Assembly: GCA_951406725.2 (NCBI GenBank)
Contig: OX597829.1
Location: 54,746,001-54,810,000, forward strand
Length of the DNA: 64,000 nt
From: Octopus vulgaris
Lineage: Eukaryota
Direction: 5' to 3'
Part shown: piece by piece, positions 51,335 to 64,000 of the stretch
Layout: the number at the start of each line of letters is the position of its first letter
How positions within the stretch are numbered: position 1 is the stretch's first letter
Position numbers and translations under genes: made by a program
Notes under the pieces: generated by a model
What the model was told of the DNA's origin: nothing
Database searches by the model: none
What the model saw: only the letters and a program-made list of their open reading frames with translations

Positions 51335-53153
51335 GATTCCCTTCAGTCATGAATGACTATGGGATTGCACCTAGAAAGTTCCCCTCTGAGGCACAAGTCT
51401 GGGCAAGGCTGCTTATGGAAGACCAGCTAGATATATATATATATATATATATATTGAGGGATTATCACTCTGGACAAAATATTTCGTAAGCTCTCTGGTT
51501 TCCATCCGATCGTGGCCGTTTGCCAGCCTCCCCTGGCACCTGTGCAGGTGGCATGTAAAAAGCACCCACTACACTCACGGAGTGGTTGGCGTTAGGAAGG
51601 GCATCCAGCTGTAGAAACACTGCCAGATCAGACTGGGCCTGGTGCAGCCTCCTGGCTTCCCAGATCCCAGTTGAACCGTCCAACCCATGCTAGCATGGAA
51701 AACGGGCGTTAAACGATGATGATGATGAAACATTATTTTTTTAACTTGTCTCTTATATATATATATATTTAATGACAGGTTTCCTTCAGTTTCCATCTGC
51801 CAAATCCACTCACAAGGCCTTTGTCAGCCTGGTGTTACAGTAGCCCAAAATGCCATGCAGTGGGCCATGTGGTTGAGAAGTTAACTTCTTCCCACACAGC
51901 TATATTCATGAACTTAGTTATTGGTGCTTCTGTTTAATTTTAATTATAGATACTTTTTACTGTATATAAGTACTTTAGATAGTTACTGAAATTTTCAGAA
52001 GCATGTTTTCTTCAACTTTGTAACGTTGGATGTGAGGTTGAAAAAGCTGCTTTTTTAATAATGGGACTGTAGAGTGAATTCTTAAAAATGGCTAAGCTTG
52101 GCATCTTTTATATTTTACTTGTTGCAACCATTAGATTGTGGCCATGCTGGGGCACTGTCTTGAAGGGTTTTAATCAAACAAATTGACCCCAGGACTTATT
52201 TATTTTTAAAGCTTGGTGCTTATTGTATCTTTTGCCAAACCATTAAGTTACAAGGATGTAAACATACCAACACCAGTTGTCAAGTGTTGGGTGGGAACAG
52301 ACACAAAAATACATATATACTATGGGATTCTTTCAGTTTCCATCTACCAAATCCATTCGTGAAGCTTTGGTCAGCCCAGGGCTATAGTAGAAGACACTTG
52401 CCCAAGGTGCCATGCAGTGGGACTGAACCCAGAACCATGTTACCAGGAAGCAAACTTCTTACCACCCAGTCATGCCAGCACCTATAGGATATATTTGGAT
52501 AAATAGTAGAGACACCAAGATTAGTTTACTTTGAAAGGGCTGGGAGAGATTTGAAGAATTTTTTGCTTTTGGTAGCAAAGTGAAGATTGGCTGAGGTAAT
52601 TTCCTTGTGTATGTGTGTGTGTGTGAATGCAGGAAATTTATTTGCACAACACTGACAAGTCCTTTTAAGGGACTGGGAAGCTTGATTGCTTTTTGGGAGG
52701 TCCGGAAACTTGCAGGTTCTGTAATGCGCAAATCAACTTTTGCTTTCCTGATGATCTCGCAGCAGTAGGCAAATGCCACTCTATTGGTGATGGCAAATGG
52801 CTTCTTCAGGTGTTCTTTGCTTCCTCTGCTGCAATACAACTTTGAAGGAACTACTTGGAGATTAAGAGATTGTGTAAAAGTTGCGAAGAGTACAAGGATC
52901 TTATAAAATGTAGTTATCTTGGACAGATCAGAGATTATTTGTATTTTCTGCCCAGGCAGCAATTTTAGGGTAGGAATAATTCGATTACATCAACCCTGGT
53001 ACTTAATTTATTAACTGAAAGGATGAAGTGCAAAGTTGACCTTGACGGTATTTGAACTCAGAACACAGTGATAGACAAAATACTGCTGAGCATTTCACCC
53101 GGCGTCCTTACGATTCAGCCAGCTCACTGCCTTAATAAATAATAATAATAATA

Positions 53154-56100
53154 AGTGGTCTGTCATCATCATCATCATTTAACGTCCGCTTTCCATGCTA
53201 GCATGGGTTGGATGGTTCAACTGGGGTCTGGGAAGCCAGAAGGCTGCACCAGGCCCAGTTTGATCTGGCAATGTTTCTACGGCTGGATGCCCTTCCTAAC
53301 GCCAACCACTCCATGAGTGCAGTGGGTGCTTTTTACGTGCCAGACGAGTCTGGCAAACGGCCACGATCGGATGGTGCTTTTTATGTGCCACCAGCATGGG
53401 GGCCAGGCGAGGCTGGCAACGGCCACGAACAGATGGTGCTTTTTACATGCCACCGGCACGAGGCCAGTCAGGGCGGCACTGGCAACGGCCGCCCCGACTG
53501 GCCTCGTGCCGGTGGCATGTAAAAAGCACCATCCGTTCGTGGCCGTTGCCACTGCCACCCCGACTGGCCTCTGTTAATATGAACAAAAAACAAAAGGCAA
53601 TTAGGTGCCATGAATAAGCCTTGCTAGACAAGAACAATGGCAAATGTAAAGCTGTCGGGAAAAGGTCGTTAGAACTTTGGAACCTGCTGGGTATGTTCCA
53701 GTTTACAGCAAATGGGATCATGAATCAGATTCGGACTAGAAGCTTTCTTAATGAGGCCCAGATTCAGATAATCAGGTAAAGCCTCCATAGTGGTGATAAC
53801 CTCAAAGAGGATAATGTAGGTGAAGATCAGTGAATGCATAGGCAAGGTGAAGGTGGAGTAGAAGAGAGGCCGGCCAATCAATATAACGCAGAAAACCTTG
53901 TATGAACTGAGGAAGACTCGAGGATATAATGGTTACCAAGAACAGAGACCAAACCAGTGAATTTTAAAAGCTTTGACCATAACAATATAAAACGTGCAAC
54001 CCAAAAGGTTGATGGGATCCTGAAATACATTTTAACAAAAGATATATTTGAAACAAGGGACTTGATTAGATCCACTTCAATTTTAGTAGGTGAACTGGTT
54101 AGAAAGAAAGAGGAAAGCAGGTGGACAGGAGGAGCGATGCGTAAAGATCTGAGTCGTATAGAAGAATGATCCAAATGGTAATGGAAACATGCTAAAAAAA
54201 GGTGTGAGGACATATCTTGAAACAAAATACCAAATAGAAAAGAAAGGGTTCAAAACTGTTATCAAAACCCTAAAACGTGCAGGCAAAAACATTAAAGGTG
54301 CAACACTACACTGATTGCATATCACAGTTCCAGCAAAACAGGTTATTCTCAAATAACCAGAGACAGTTTTTTAAGAGCTTAGGAGGAGATACAGAAGATA
54401 ATATACTTCCTGAAGCAGAGGAAACCTGCAAATTCTGGAATATCTGTGGGCAAGACATTTCCCACAACCACGGTGTCAAGTGGATTTATTCTGTGAGATC
54501 CAAACTCCATCACCCTGAAGCTCCATGACAGGGCCATGTATATATAACATTGGATGATGTAATTACACAGGTATCAAAACTGCCAAACTGGAAAGCAGCC
54601 AGATGGAATCCAAAGCTACTGGCTCAAGTGGTTTAGGTGAACACACAAATGAATTGTGTTGCAATTAGACAATTGCCTACAGAGTGGTGCAGTTATGGAG
54701 TAGATTATAGAGGGAAAGACAATATTGTTGATGGAAGATTGGTCAAAGGACAATAAGGTTGGCAATTACTGACCCATTGCTTATCTTAACCTCTTATGGA
54801 AAGTATTAACAGGCATCCTCGCAGGGAAAATATATATGTTCTTTGAGGAAAACAATCTACTTCCAGTAGAACAAAAGGGACGCTTAAAAGGGCCCAAGGG
54901 TACCAAGGACCACCTTGTGATAGACAAGGTTGTAATAAAGAACTGCAAACGGTACCACAAAAACTGGTGCATGGCCTGAATAGACTTTAAAAAGGTTTAC
55001 ATGTTGCTGCATTCATGGATTCTGAAAACATTTGATGTGTGGAATAGCTGAGAATGTTTGCACTGATTAAGAACAACATGCCTGGTTGGAAAACACATCT
55101 TTTCTGTATCAACCAGCACTTAGCCAAGGTAACAATTAAAAGAGGTATCTTCCAGGGGGATTTTTGTTCGCTTTTGTTATTTGTTATAGCCTTGATCCCA
55201 CTTTTTGTAGTTCTATGCAAAGTCAATGTGCACTGGACCTTGTCTCAATCAACTTCTCTTTATGGATGATTTAAAACTGTTTGCTAAAGCAGAGCCTTAA
55301 ATGGAGAGGCTGGTCGAGACTGAGCAGATGTGCAGCAAGGATAAAGGGATGGAATTCAGTATCTCAAAGTGAGTGGGGCTCACTTTGGAACAGGGGAAAA
55401 TAGCAGATTGTTGGGGCACAGAATTGCCAAACAGAGAGCAAATGGAAGACCTGGATGATGATGTACCTTGGGATCCTGGAGCTGGACAATATCTTGCACA
55501 GAGAAATGAAAGACAAGGTCACCACTGCATATTTGAAGTGCCTAAAACTTCCCTTGAAATTAAAATTCAACTCAAGGAACCTTTTGACTGCCATCAACAT
55601 ATGGGCTGTTGCTGTAGTCCGCTATAGTGCACTCATTCTGAAATGGATATGAGCAGAGATAAACCAATTTGATTGCACTACCTGAAAGGTAATGACAATG
55701 CATGGTGCCCTCCACCTGAAGGCGAATGTACACAGGCCCAGTGTGAAGAGGTGTAAAGGTGGACATGACCTGATTGGTGTATGAGAGTGCATCAACAGTG
55801 AAAGAAGAAACATGGCAAGGCATTTGGTAAACAGCAAACAAGACTTGCTAGAGTATGCTGCTAATGCAGAAGGATTTACCAACAATGGATTTGTGAGTGC
55901 TAACGAATTCTGATCAAAAATAGCCAATAAGAAACAAGAAACTCTACTCTGCATGGAATTACATGGTCAGTTCCACCATGAAACTAACAATTTAAAAGAC
56001 CAGCAAGCATCATGGAGTGGCCTTAAAAAGAAGACTGAAAGTTTAATCATTGCTGCCCAGGACCAGGCATTGAATACTAACTGGTACAAGTGCAACAAAC

Positions 56101-56710
56101 CTGTGCAGAATGTATGGGAAGAGGGTTAAAAGCATGACTTACATTGTTAGTGCTTGTGAAAGTCTTGTGCAGAAAGAGTACAAGTGCAGACATGACAAGG
56201 TAGTGCAGAACCTTCACTGGCTACTATCATGAAAGTCGATTGGAGGTAACGGGTGCTTTGTACCAACAAACTCCAGAAAAGGTAATAACCTTTAGGAGAG
56301 ACAAACATGACTACTGAATAATTGATGTAGCAGTGGCAAGAGATCAACAGATTATCATGAAAGAAAGAGAAAAGACTGATAAATATGGAGACCTGAGAAT
56401 TGAGATTGCCAAGATGTGACAGCTATGAGAGTCATGCATAAAGGTCGTTCCTGTTGTCATTGGAGTATTGGGTTCAATACCACCCAGCATGAAGAAACAG
56501 CTGGGAACTTTAGAAATACCCAACAATCTGGGCGTATTGCAAAAATTGGCATTACTTGGAAGAACAGCACGCATATTGCATAAAGCAGTGTCTGTCTGAG
56601 GTCCTTGTTGTGATTTGACAGACAGTACAAACCCCAACCGGTTGACACAATATCTTCAGTCAACAACATCATCATGATACTGGATGCTGTGCGAAGTCTT
56701 CAATACTAAT
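53154..56710 (+). mobile_element. Decayed R4/Dong-like non-LTR retrotransposon (RT + restriction-like endonuclease), interrupted near its 5' end by a SINE
   Basis: Frameshifted RT motifs PNWKA, NY*PI..LNLLWKVLTGIL, EQKG...GTKDHLVIDK, IDFKK, IKRGIFQGD, YMDDLKLFA, YLGILE. Then HGQF, TESLIIAAQDQAL, HIVSAC, RHDKV, KYGDL, VPVVIGVLG, LQKLALLG. (TAA)n occurs at both ends. Confidence 0.85.
53414..53551. repeat. 64-bp inverted repeat with a 10-nt spacer
   Basis: Arms 53414-53477 and 53488-53551 are reverse complements with two mismatches. Confidence 0.92.
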
Positions 56711-56747
56711 GATGATGATGACGATGACAACAATGACGACGATGATG

Positions 56748-56779
<32 letters not shown>

Positions 56780-56780
56780 G

Positions 56781-56811
<31 letters not shown>

Positions 56812-56813
<2 letters not shown>

Positions 56814-57367
56814 GCCCTGATGCAGTACCAGGCAGTGGCTCTCATGGCTTCTGATCTTAACTGATTGGAAGTGTTATCATGTACATTGTTTTGTCTTGGT
56901 ATAAAAGATGGGCTACAGCAAATATTCTGCTCAATACCACAGATTTGCTTGTCAGTTGTTTGACCTTAACCAGTTGAGCATGTCCCTTAGTGGCTGACGA
57001 TATGTGCATCTCTGATCACGAGCAGAAGTAGTGGGGTAGCATCATAGCCATGTGTTGAGAGGGATTCTTTGGGGTTTGAATAGTTCACCTCTGGAAACAT
57101 GGGTGGTTCTTTCAACATCCTTAAACAACCCTTATTCAGGGACCATTTGAGCGGGATGGGCTACTCAACCTGAAGAAAATTCTAATTGGGCCCCACCTGC
57201 AAGGTCATGTGCTGTTTATCTTGATATGAGATCACCATGTCGCGCACATATGGTTGTGATGCATGTGCCTGGTGTACCTTTATCAGACGGGTAGTCATGA
57301 TGGGTATATTGGGCTTCGTATATTTTACCCCAGTGTCACTTTGATGGCATGAACTGCTCTCTCACTC
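56812..57367. mobile_element. 556-bp non-coding element embedded in (TAA)n
   Basis: A sharply bounded, higher-GC, CpG-retaining block with pure (AAT)n on both sides and no ORF in the track. Confidence 0.5.
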
Positions 57368-57395
57368 AATAATAATAATAATAATAATAATAATA

Positions 57396-58325
57396 ATCCT
57401 TTTCACTAGAGGCACAAGGCCTGAAATTTTGGGGGAGGAGACTTGTCAGTTACAACATCGACCTCTCCACCAGTGTTTCACTGGTGTTTAATTTATCGAC
57501 CCCCAAAAGGATGAAAGGCAAAATCAATCTCAGTGGAATTTGAACTTCGAATGTAGTAACAGTACAAAAACTGCTAAGCATTTTGTCCAGTGTACTAACA
57601 ATTCTACCAGCTCACTGCCTTACTACTACAACTATTACTACTACCGCTGCCACCACCACCACCACTGTTACTACTACTACTACTACAACTACTACTACTA
57701 CTACAAATAATAATAATAATGATGATGATGATAATGGTTTCAAGTTTTGAACCAAGGCCAGCAATATAAAGGGGGAGGGGGTAAGTTGATTACATCAACC
57801 CCAGTGTTCAACTGGTATTTACTTTATCAACCCCCAAAAGTATGAAAGGTAAAGTCGACCTCGGCAGAATTTGAACTCAGAACATACAGACGGACACAAT
57901 ACTGCTATGCATTTCATCCAGCATACTAACGATTAATGATAATAAAAAACCCTTTCTATTAAAACCACATGGCCTGAAATTTTGGAGGAGGAGGAGGGGG
58001 GGACTAATCAATTACATTGCTCCCCAGTATCTGACTGGTACTTGTCATATCAACCTCGGCTGAATTTGAACCTTGCACGTATAGCTGGATGAAATGTCGC
58101 AAAGCATTTGATCCAGTGGGTTAACGATTGTCAGCTCACTACCTAATTGCAACTATTACTATTACTACTACTACTCCTAATAATAATAATCCTTTCTGCA
58201 GTGTCTAACTGGTACTTATTTCATCAGCTCTGAAAAGATGAATGGCAAAGTCGACCTCAGCAGAATTTGAACTTAGGTGTAAAATGAACAAAATACTGCT
58301 AGGTATTTTGGCCAGTGTGCTGGTC
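57396..58325 (-). mobile_element. Cluster of about 4 SINE family B copies separated by (TAA)n/(CTA)n
   Basis: Repeated gatgaaaggcaaagtcgacctcggcagaatttgaactcag cores. Confidence 0.7.
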
Positions 58326-59279
58326 TTTAAATTAGAATTAAAATTAAATCATCCAGTACTTATTCTTTCGCAATAAAACCAGAACAAATCTTTTCTGCTT
58401 GGCAGCCAATTTTCAATCTCTTCAGTTTGAGTTCAGATTTGGTGTAATGATGTAGCTTTATATGCTAATCAATGCCATGAAATTCATTTTTACCATGAAT
58501 CAATAGTTATTAGCCTTTAAAGTTCGCAAATTTTGGGTAATTTTAGCCAATTGTAAGCCACAGATACATTCAAGCCTGTTTCCATTGTAACAAGCCAAAT
58601 ATGAGAACCTTTTTGTCTGCGAGATAGTATGCGTTGACAAATATGTATTCTGTGTGAAAGCATATGTGTCAATGCTGGGTTCTGCTGCTTGAGCCCATCT
58701 GCTGCTTGTATCCTGGTCGAGAGATGTGCTACAAATAACAACCAAATAAGTCTTAAATTATGCGTGCACACACAAATACATGCACATTTTTTTTTTTTTT
58801 TGCATAATCACATGAATTCCCGAGCGTAGAATACAAACTCGGATCCACAAACTCAATAAAATTTTCTGAAAATTCAAAAAAATTTATGAGTTATGAGAGG
58901 TTTTATGCTGTGCATAAAGCAGTTTGATTTATTTACAGTTTCATATAAAAACACTCCACATACAAAACGACAGCTCCCACATCCTATTTCCTGACTGGGT
59001 GAAAATTATCAAACTTTAAACCTCTATAACGTTATTTAAAAAAAATTTCTGGAAAAAGTTAAATCTGTTATGAGATTCAGTTTGGAAAACTACATTGATA
59101 CACCAAATTTTAAAATTTTTCAATAAACTTAGAATTTTCCACAGCTCCAGACAAACAAAAAAAGATCCACCAGAACTATTACTTTCGTTTTTCTATCGTT
59201 CTTGATTTTTTTTTTTTTTTAGAAAAAAGCTGCTCAAAGTAATAAAAATTATTTTTGTTAATTAGCATCCTCTTATATA

Positions 59280-60780
59280 CCGGTATATACATAAATCAAG
59301 TTAACAAATCGCAGTGTAAGTTAGTAGTAATGTTTCCATTCAACGCAACATTTGTTTCGTGAAAGAATCACGTGATATGGACCAAACCAAAAGATATTTT
59401 AAAAGGGGGTGTGTGATACACCGGCTTTTAATTATTAGGTTCCCGTTCTCATTTACTTTATGAAAAATTAATAGCATTAATTTTTAAATATCTTTTTAAT
59501 TCACCCATTATTATATTTAGTTTTCCTTATTTTGTTCTGATTGCTTATCATATGTCAATCTGTAGCCAAACCAACGCCTAGCCTCTTACTGATATTCTAA
59601 AACAAACACTAGAGATTTATCAAATATCCGTTTTGCAATTAATATCATCGAAAATAAATTGCAATAGCATTTAGAAAATTCCAAGCAACCATGGCTGCAA
59701 AACTTCTGTCCGTCGTATATACTACTAACCGAACAATTTCCAATGGTAAATATTTCCGTTTGTAAGAATTAATTGCTAAGATCTTTTTTCTTTTTTTTTT
59801 TGTTGTTTTATTTATTCGCGCACCTTCGTGAACAGCACGAAGCCGCCTGTAATGATACGTTTCATAGCCCACAACATATTCATGACGTTGCTAATTGCTA
59901 ACAATTATATTTTAAAAAAATACATACCCACAAAAGGGGATAATAGTTATATAGATATTTCTGTTTTTAACTCAAAACGTAAATTACTATGGTTTCGGTA
60001 TTGTTTTTGTGCAATTAGGGTGTATGAAAATGTTATACGCGAATTATCCTTTGTTTCTGAATTAGGTAAAATAGGAAAAGAAGAGAGAGAGAGAGAGAGA
60101 AAAAAAGACATCTACTTAAAAAACATGAATGTGCGAGAAAACAACAATTAATAAATATCTGTCTTTTGTTCGGTTTGTTTCCGGACTTCTATGGAGTTAG
60201 AATATCCGATAATTCCTTGATAACGTAATAATACTCGTAGCGTAGGGTGGATGGGAGGAATTCGAGATTAATTATGGTTTAGAGCTATAAATAATTACAG
60301 CTCTTTGTATGACTATAGCTAAAATTACAGAGCCGTTGACGCTTGATATGCTACAAATAACAGCTCTCAAACCACACTCTTCTCTTTAAAAAAAAAAAAA
60401 CCCAAAAAACTAGAAGTTGTCCAATTAGATTTATATTATAAAGACGCGATGGTCGCAGCTAGAAAGCTTAAGTTTGGCGGCCAAACAACACGAATTTAAT
60501 TATAAATAATTGTCAGAACTGTCTAAATGAAAAAATGACACATCGACTGTCGCTAAGTTGAAGATTTAGTGGTACTTTACTCAGCAGTGGAATTATAATT
60601 CCTTATAAGAATAGAGAGTTTAAGACGATTTGAGAGTTATGAGCACGTGGCATATCGATCCAACTCCAGTCCAAACTTTTTAAATTATAATTCCATTCGC
60701 ACCATTGAAGACGCTTTCTTAGCAATATTAAATCAATCCCCTATACCAATCCAGAGAGTGTTCCAACCACGACTGTCCAA
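59280..60780. promoter_or_regulatory. CpG-retaining putative promoter region
   Basis: Elevated CG frequency in largely non-repetitive sequence around the candidate ATG at 59691. Confidence 0.4.
59691..59745 (+). CDS. Probable first coding exon of an unidentified gene continuing beyond the window
   Basis: Strong Kozak context caaccATGG, reads MAAKLLSVVYTTNRTISN, then a G|GTAAAT donor, inside a CpG-retaining region. No in-frame second exon was found in the window. Confidence 0.45.
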
Positions 60781-61163
60781 TGGTAATCGATAAATAACAT
60801 CAGAATATAATGCTCCACTTTCACTATGCCAAACTATAGTTAGTTTCATTTCGTTTAGCAACCGGCAAAGTTCATTTTTTTAAAAAATCTATTTTATTTT
60901 TTTTTTATCATAGACTTGAAACATTTTTTTTTTTTTTTTTGCGTTACTCATTTTCGTTGTAGAATTATTTTACTAGTCTAACTATGTATCTATTATACAC
61001 GCACACACACACATATACGCGCGTGTGTGTAGTGTGTATTTACGCATGTAAATACACTACACGTATATCAAGAAAACGTCCCCACCCCCCAACGATTTCG
61101 TTTCAGAAAAATGGATGGTTTTTAATGAAATTTCTATAAATGGATATGGTACTAGTAGCGTAG

Positions 61164-61489
61164 TCGTGGCATCTTGGGCAAGTGTCTTCTGCTATAGCCC
61201 CGGGCCGACCAAAGCCTTGTGAGTGGATTTGGTAGACGGAAACTGAAAGAAGCCTGTCGTATATATGTATATATATATATGTGTGTGTGTGTGTCTGTGT
61301 TTGTCCCCCTAGCATTGCTTGACAACCAATGCTGGTGTGTTTACGTCACCGTCATTTAGCGGTTCGGCAAAAGAGACCGATAGAATAAGTACTGGGCTTA
61401 CAAAGAATAAGTCCCGGGGTCGATTTGCTCGACTAAAGGCGGTGCTCCAGCATGGCCGCAGTTAAATGACTGAAACAAGTAAAAGAGTA
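61164..61489 (+). mobile_element. SINE family A, 5'-truncated low-divergence copy
   Basis: Nearly identical to 15316-15681. Confidence 0.85.
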
Positions 61490-61850
61490 GGTGGATATCG
61501 GGCTCGACTCAATACTTTGGGTGGAGGGACACCACTGACTTTTGCTGGTCTTGAATAAATTCCATCGGTCATATGTTGAGTTCTGATTGTCAGGAAACAT
61601 TTAATTCACTTAGGCGCGGTCCCAGGAATCTTTCGAAGAGAGGGCACGAGGTCAAAAGGGAATACAATTCCAGGATAAAAGGGTGTAATAACATTATTTA
61701 GAAGGGTGCACTTCTTTTCTTGGGTGGGGTACGTGCCCCTCAGGCCTCCACTCCCTCCTTGGATCCGCCCCTCCCACTACAGTACCTTTCCACGGATTCC
61801 AGTGTTGGATAATATAATTAGCAGAATGCTATGGGTGGCTTTGTCTAAAT

Positions 61851-62529
61851 CAGAGGTTCTTCAACCGGGCTCCATATGGCTTTTGGGGGATCTGTATAAG
61901 ATTTTTGGGATTCTTCGCTGGCAAAAAGTAAATTGGGGATCCACAATAGGGTCTGTAAAATGTTTTGATGTAAATGTGTCTATTGCAAGAAACACGTTTC
62001 GGTAACTATTTCGTAAAGGACCCGTTCGCAAGTTTTTGTTTTCTTTTCCAGGTTCTTTCGCATTCTTTCGATGAACCTCAATCTTCCTCATCTTGATATT
62101 TTCACAGAGAAATATCGGTGGGTCCTTTATCGCAAAAAGCTGTTACGCGGTAGCAAAACGTGCTAGAAATACCAGCCAAATTCTTTCCTTTTCTGTAGAA
62201 AGGAGCTGTATACGCGTGATTTCGATGTCACATTCGTTGAAAGCATGTGAAATAACCTCGAAAAGAAAAAGAAACCCGCGAAACAAAACTCCCACCACCC
62301 TCCCCTTTCTTTTCCGGGAAAAAGTGGTTTGTGGCAGGTTTGGTGGTCAGATACGTTGAATGCACTCAAAAAAAGTGTAGAAAAAAATTATTTCACACCG
62401 AGGTACGAAATATTTATGGAAGTGTGTACAAAATTAGTTTTTAAACATCGAATGGCTGTGGGAGTCCACCAGAATAATATAGTGAACGAAGGGGTCCGCA
62501 GATAAAAAAAAAAATGGTTGTGTCACTGG
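61851..62529. mobile_element. hAT-type non-autonomous element related to 37681-37936
   Basis: Starts cagaggttcttcaacc and ends ggttgtgtcactg. The subterminal sequence resembles the 37.7-kb copy. Confidence 0.5.
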
Positions 62530-64000
62530 TCTAAAGCTTATCGAAGTCGAAGTAAATGACATCTATGTTGTAGCTCCCTAGCTAAGTATACGGAATGCCA
62601 TCTAAGTGGTGCAGGGACTGTGATTGACAGTCTCTGTCACCGACGATTTTTCTCGAGGCACCCAGTGGTTAGGACAGCGGACTCGCGGTTTCGATTCCCA
62701 GACCGGGCGTTGTGAGTGTTTATTGAGTGAAAACATCTAAAGCTCCACGAGGCTCCAGCAGGGGGTATTCGCGAACCCAGCTGTACTCTTTCACCTCAAC
62801 TTTCACTTTTTCTTCCTGTTTCTATTGTATCTGTATTTCAGAGGGCCAGACTTGTCACATTCTGTGTCACGCTGAATCTCCCCCAAGAACTACCTTAAGG
62901 GTACATGTGTCTGTGGAGTGCTCAGCCACTTGCACGTTAATTTCACGAGCGGGCTGTTCCGTTGAACGGATCAACTGGAACCCTCGTCTTCGTAAACGAC
63001 GGGGTGCCACAATATAATGCTATAATGTCTGTGCGATGGACTCTGCTGTCGACTGCGATGTGTATGCATCTATTGGCTGTTCGACCAGACAAGACACACT
63101 ATTCATTGAATTAGTGTGCGAAGAGTCTGAGTATTTCATAGACATAAGTACCCTTAACGTAATTCTTGGGTAGAATCAACGTGACACGGTGAGGCAAGGC
63201 TGTACCTTATATGCACACCCAACACTTATCACCAGTTTGACAAAGTGAAAGTGAAGCGTTAGCCCAAATTGTCTTCTCTTTTTTTTGAGTAAGTAGGTTG
63301 TTGTTTAAAGGGAATATGGTTGCTTCTAGCAACGGTTCGTTGTTGTGTAGCCTCGGCTGAGTTATATGTCATCCAAATCGATAAATCACCACATACATAA
63401 CTGTCTTCCTTGTTAAATAAGGTCACCGTTTAAAACAAAGACCATGCTACACTACACTGTGACATGCAGGGAAGAGTCTATGGAGTGCAGTGTGTTAATC
63501 TGTGAATGTTGCTCTCACTCCATTATCCAGTTTATTTCGGTGCACCCGTAATTTATGGTGATGACTACACAGTGGTATAGCATTTGCTTTGCCCGTCCTG
63601 TGCATTAACCAGTTACCCACTCCTTTAAACATACCTTAAAATACAACAAATCGCGTTCTATTCACCCCGCTAATATCACGTCCTGTTATTGTGTTCGCAG
63701 TTGAACTAGGGGGCGGAATTCTCTTTTAAGCACCCCATATGACTTCTCATAACTTGGGGGGGGGGGGGGGGATTTTCAGTAAAATTTTGCGAATTTGTCT
63801 TCTAAACACGGGAATTCATACAATTGTGAAAAAAAAAATTGTGTGTATGATTTAAGAGCGAGATAGCTAGTGTTTTTGCACATCCCACGACTACCTGATA
63901 CCTTCCTAGTTTCTTTGCCACTCTGACATGGATTAATGTTTTTCAATATATATTCCTTTTCTCCCTATAAATATATTTAATGGAATACTGATGCACTTCA

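Noticed and set aside
52459-52962. 167-aa minus-strand ORF
   Set aside because: Non-ATG start, runs through a (CA)n tract into a SINE; more consistent with decayed LINE sequence.
58500-58771. Two overlapping ~80-aa minus-strand ORFs in unique-looking sequence
   Set aside because: No recognisable domain and no consistent exon chain; it could be non-coding transcript sequence, but that is unsupported.
62052-62117. AG...GT-bounded segment as possible exon 2 of the 59691 gene
   Set aside because: The required phase-1 frame hits TGA after six codons, and the segment lies inside a hAT-like element.

Overview
AT-rich, microsatellite- and SINE-dense eukaryotic genomic DNA. The repeat content resembles a coleoid cephalopod (Octopus-like); that attribution is inference. 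The ORF track is mostly noise, because the real genes are spliced. Splicing by hand gives two complete genes in divergent orientation. POLD4 (DNA polymerase delta p12 subunit) is on the minus strand, 4 exons, 10712->1401, 112 aa, with an N-terminal PIP-degron. CDIPT (phosphatidylinositol synthase) is on the plus strand, 6 exons, 23765->46103, 227 aa. A probable first coding exon of a third gene lies at 59691. The rest is decayed mobile DNA: two mariners, a Tc1 fragment, hAT MITEs, R4/Dong-like, RTE and CR1 LINE remnants, Penelope-like remnants and at least four tRNA-SINE-type families. The most interesting signal is RNA-structural: a set of hammerhead-ribozyme-bearing non-autonomous retroelements. 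(i) An intact type I hammerhead with an unusually long stem II at 18389-18479 (-). (ii) A 442-bp insertion at 12988-13429 with a perfect 15-bp target-site duplication, a tRNA-like head, a minimal dimer-type hammerhead tail and an inverted copy of that tail, consistent with a Penelope-mobilised ribozyme SINE. A 64-bp near-perfect hairpin and other dsRNA-forming arrangements are also present. All calls were read by eye; no searches or folding programs were run, and repeat boundaries are approximate.
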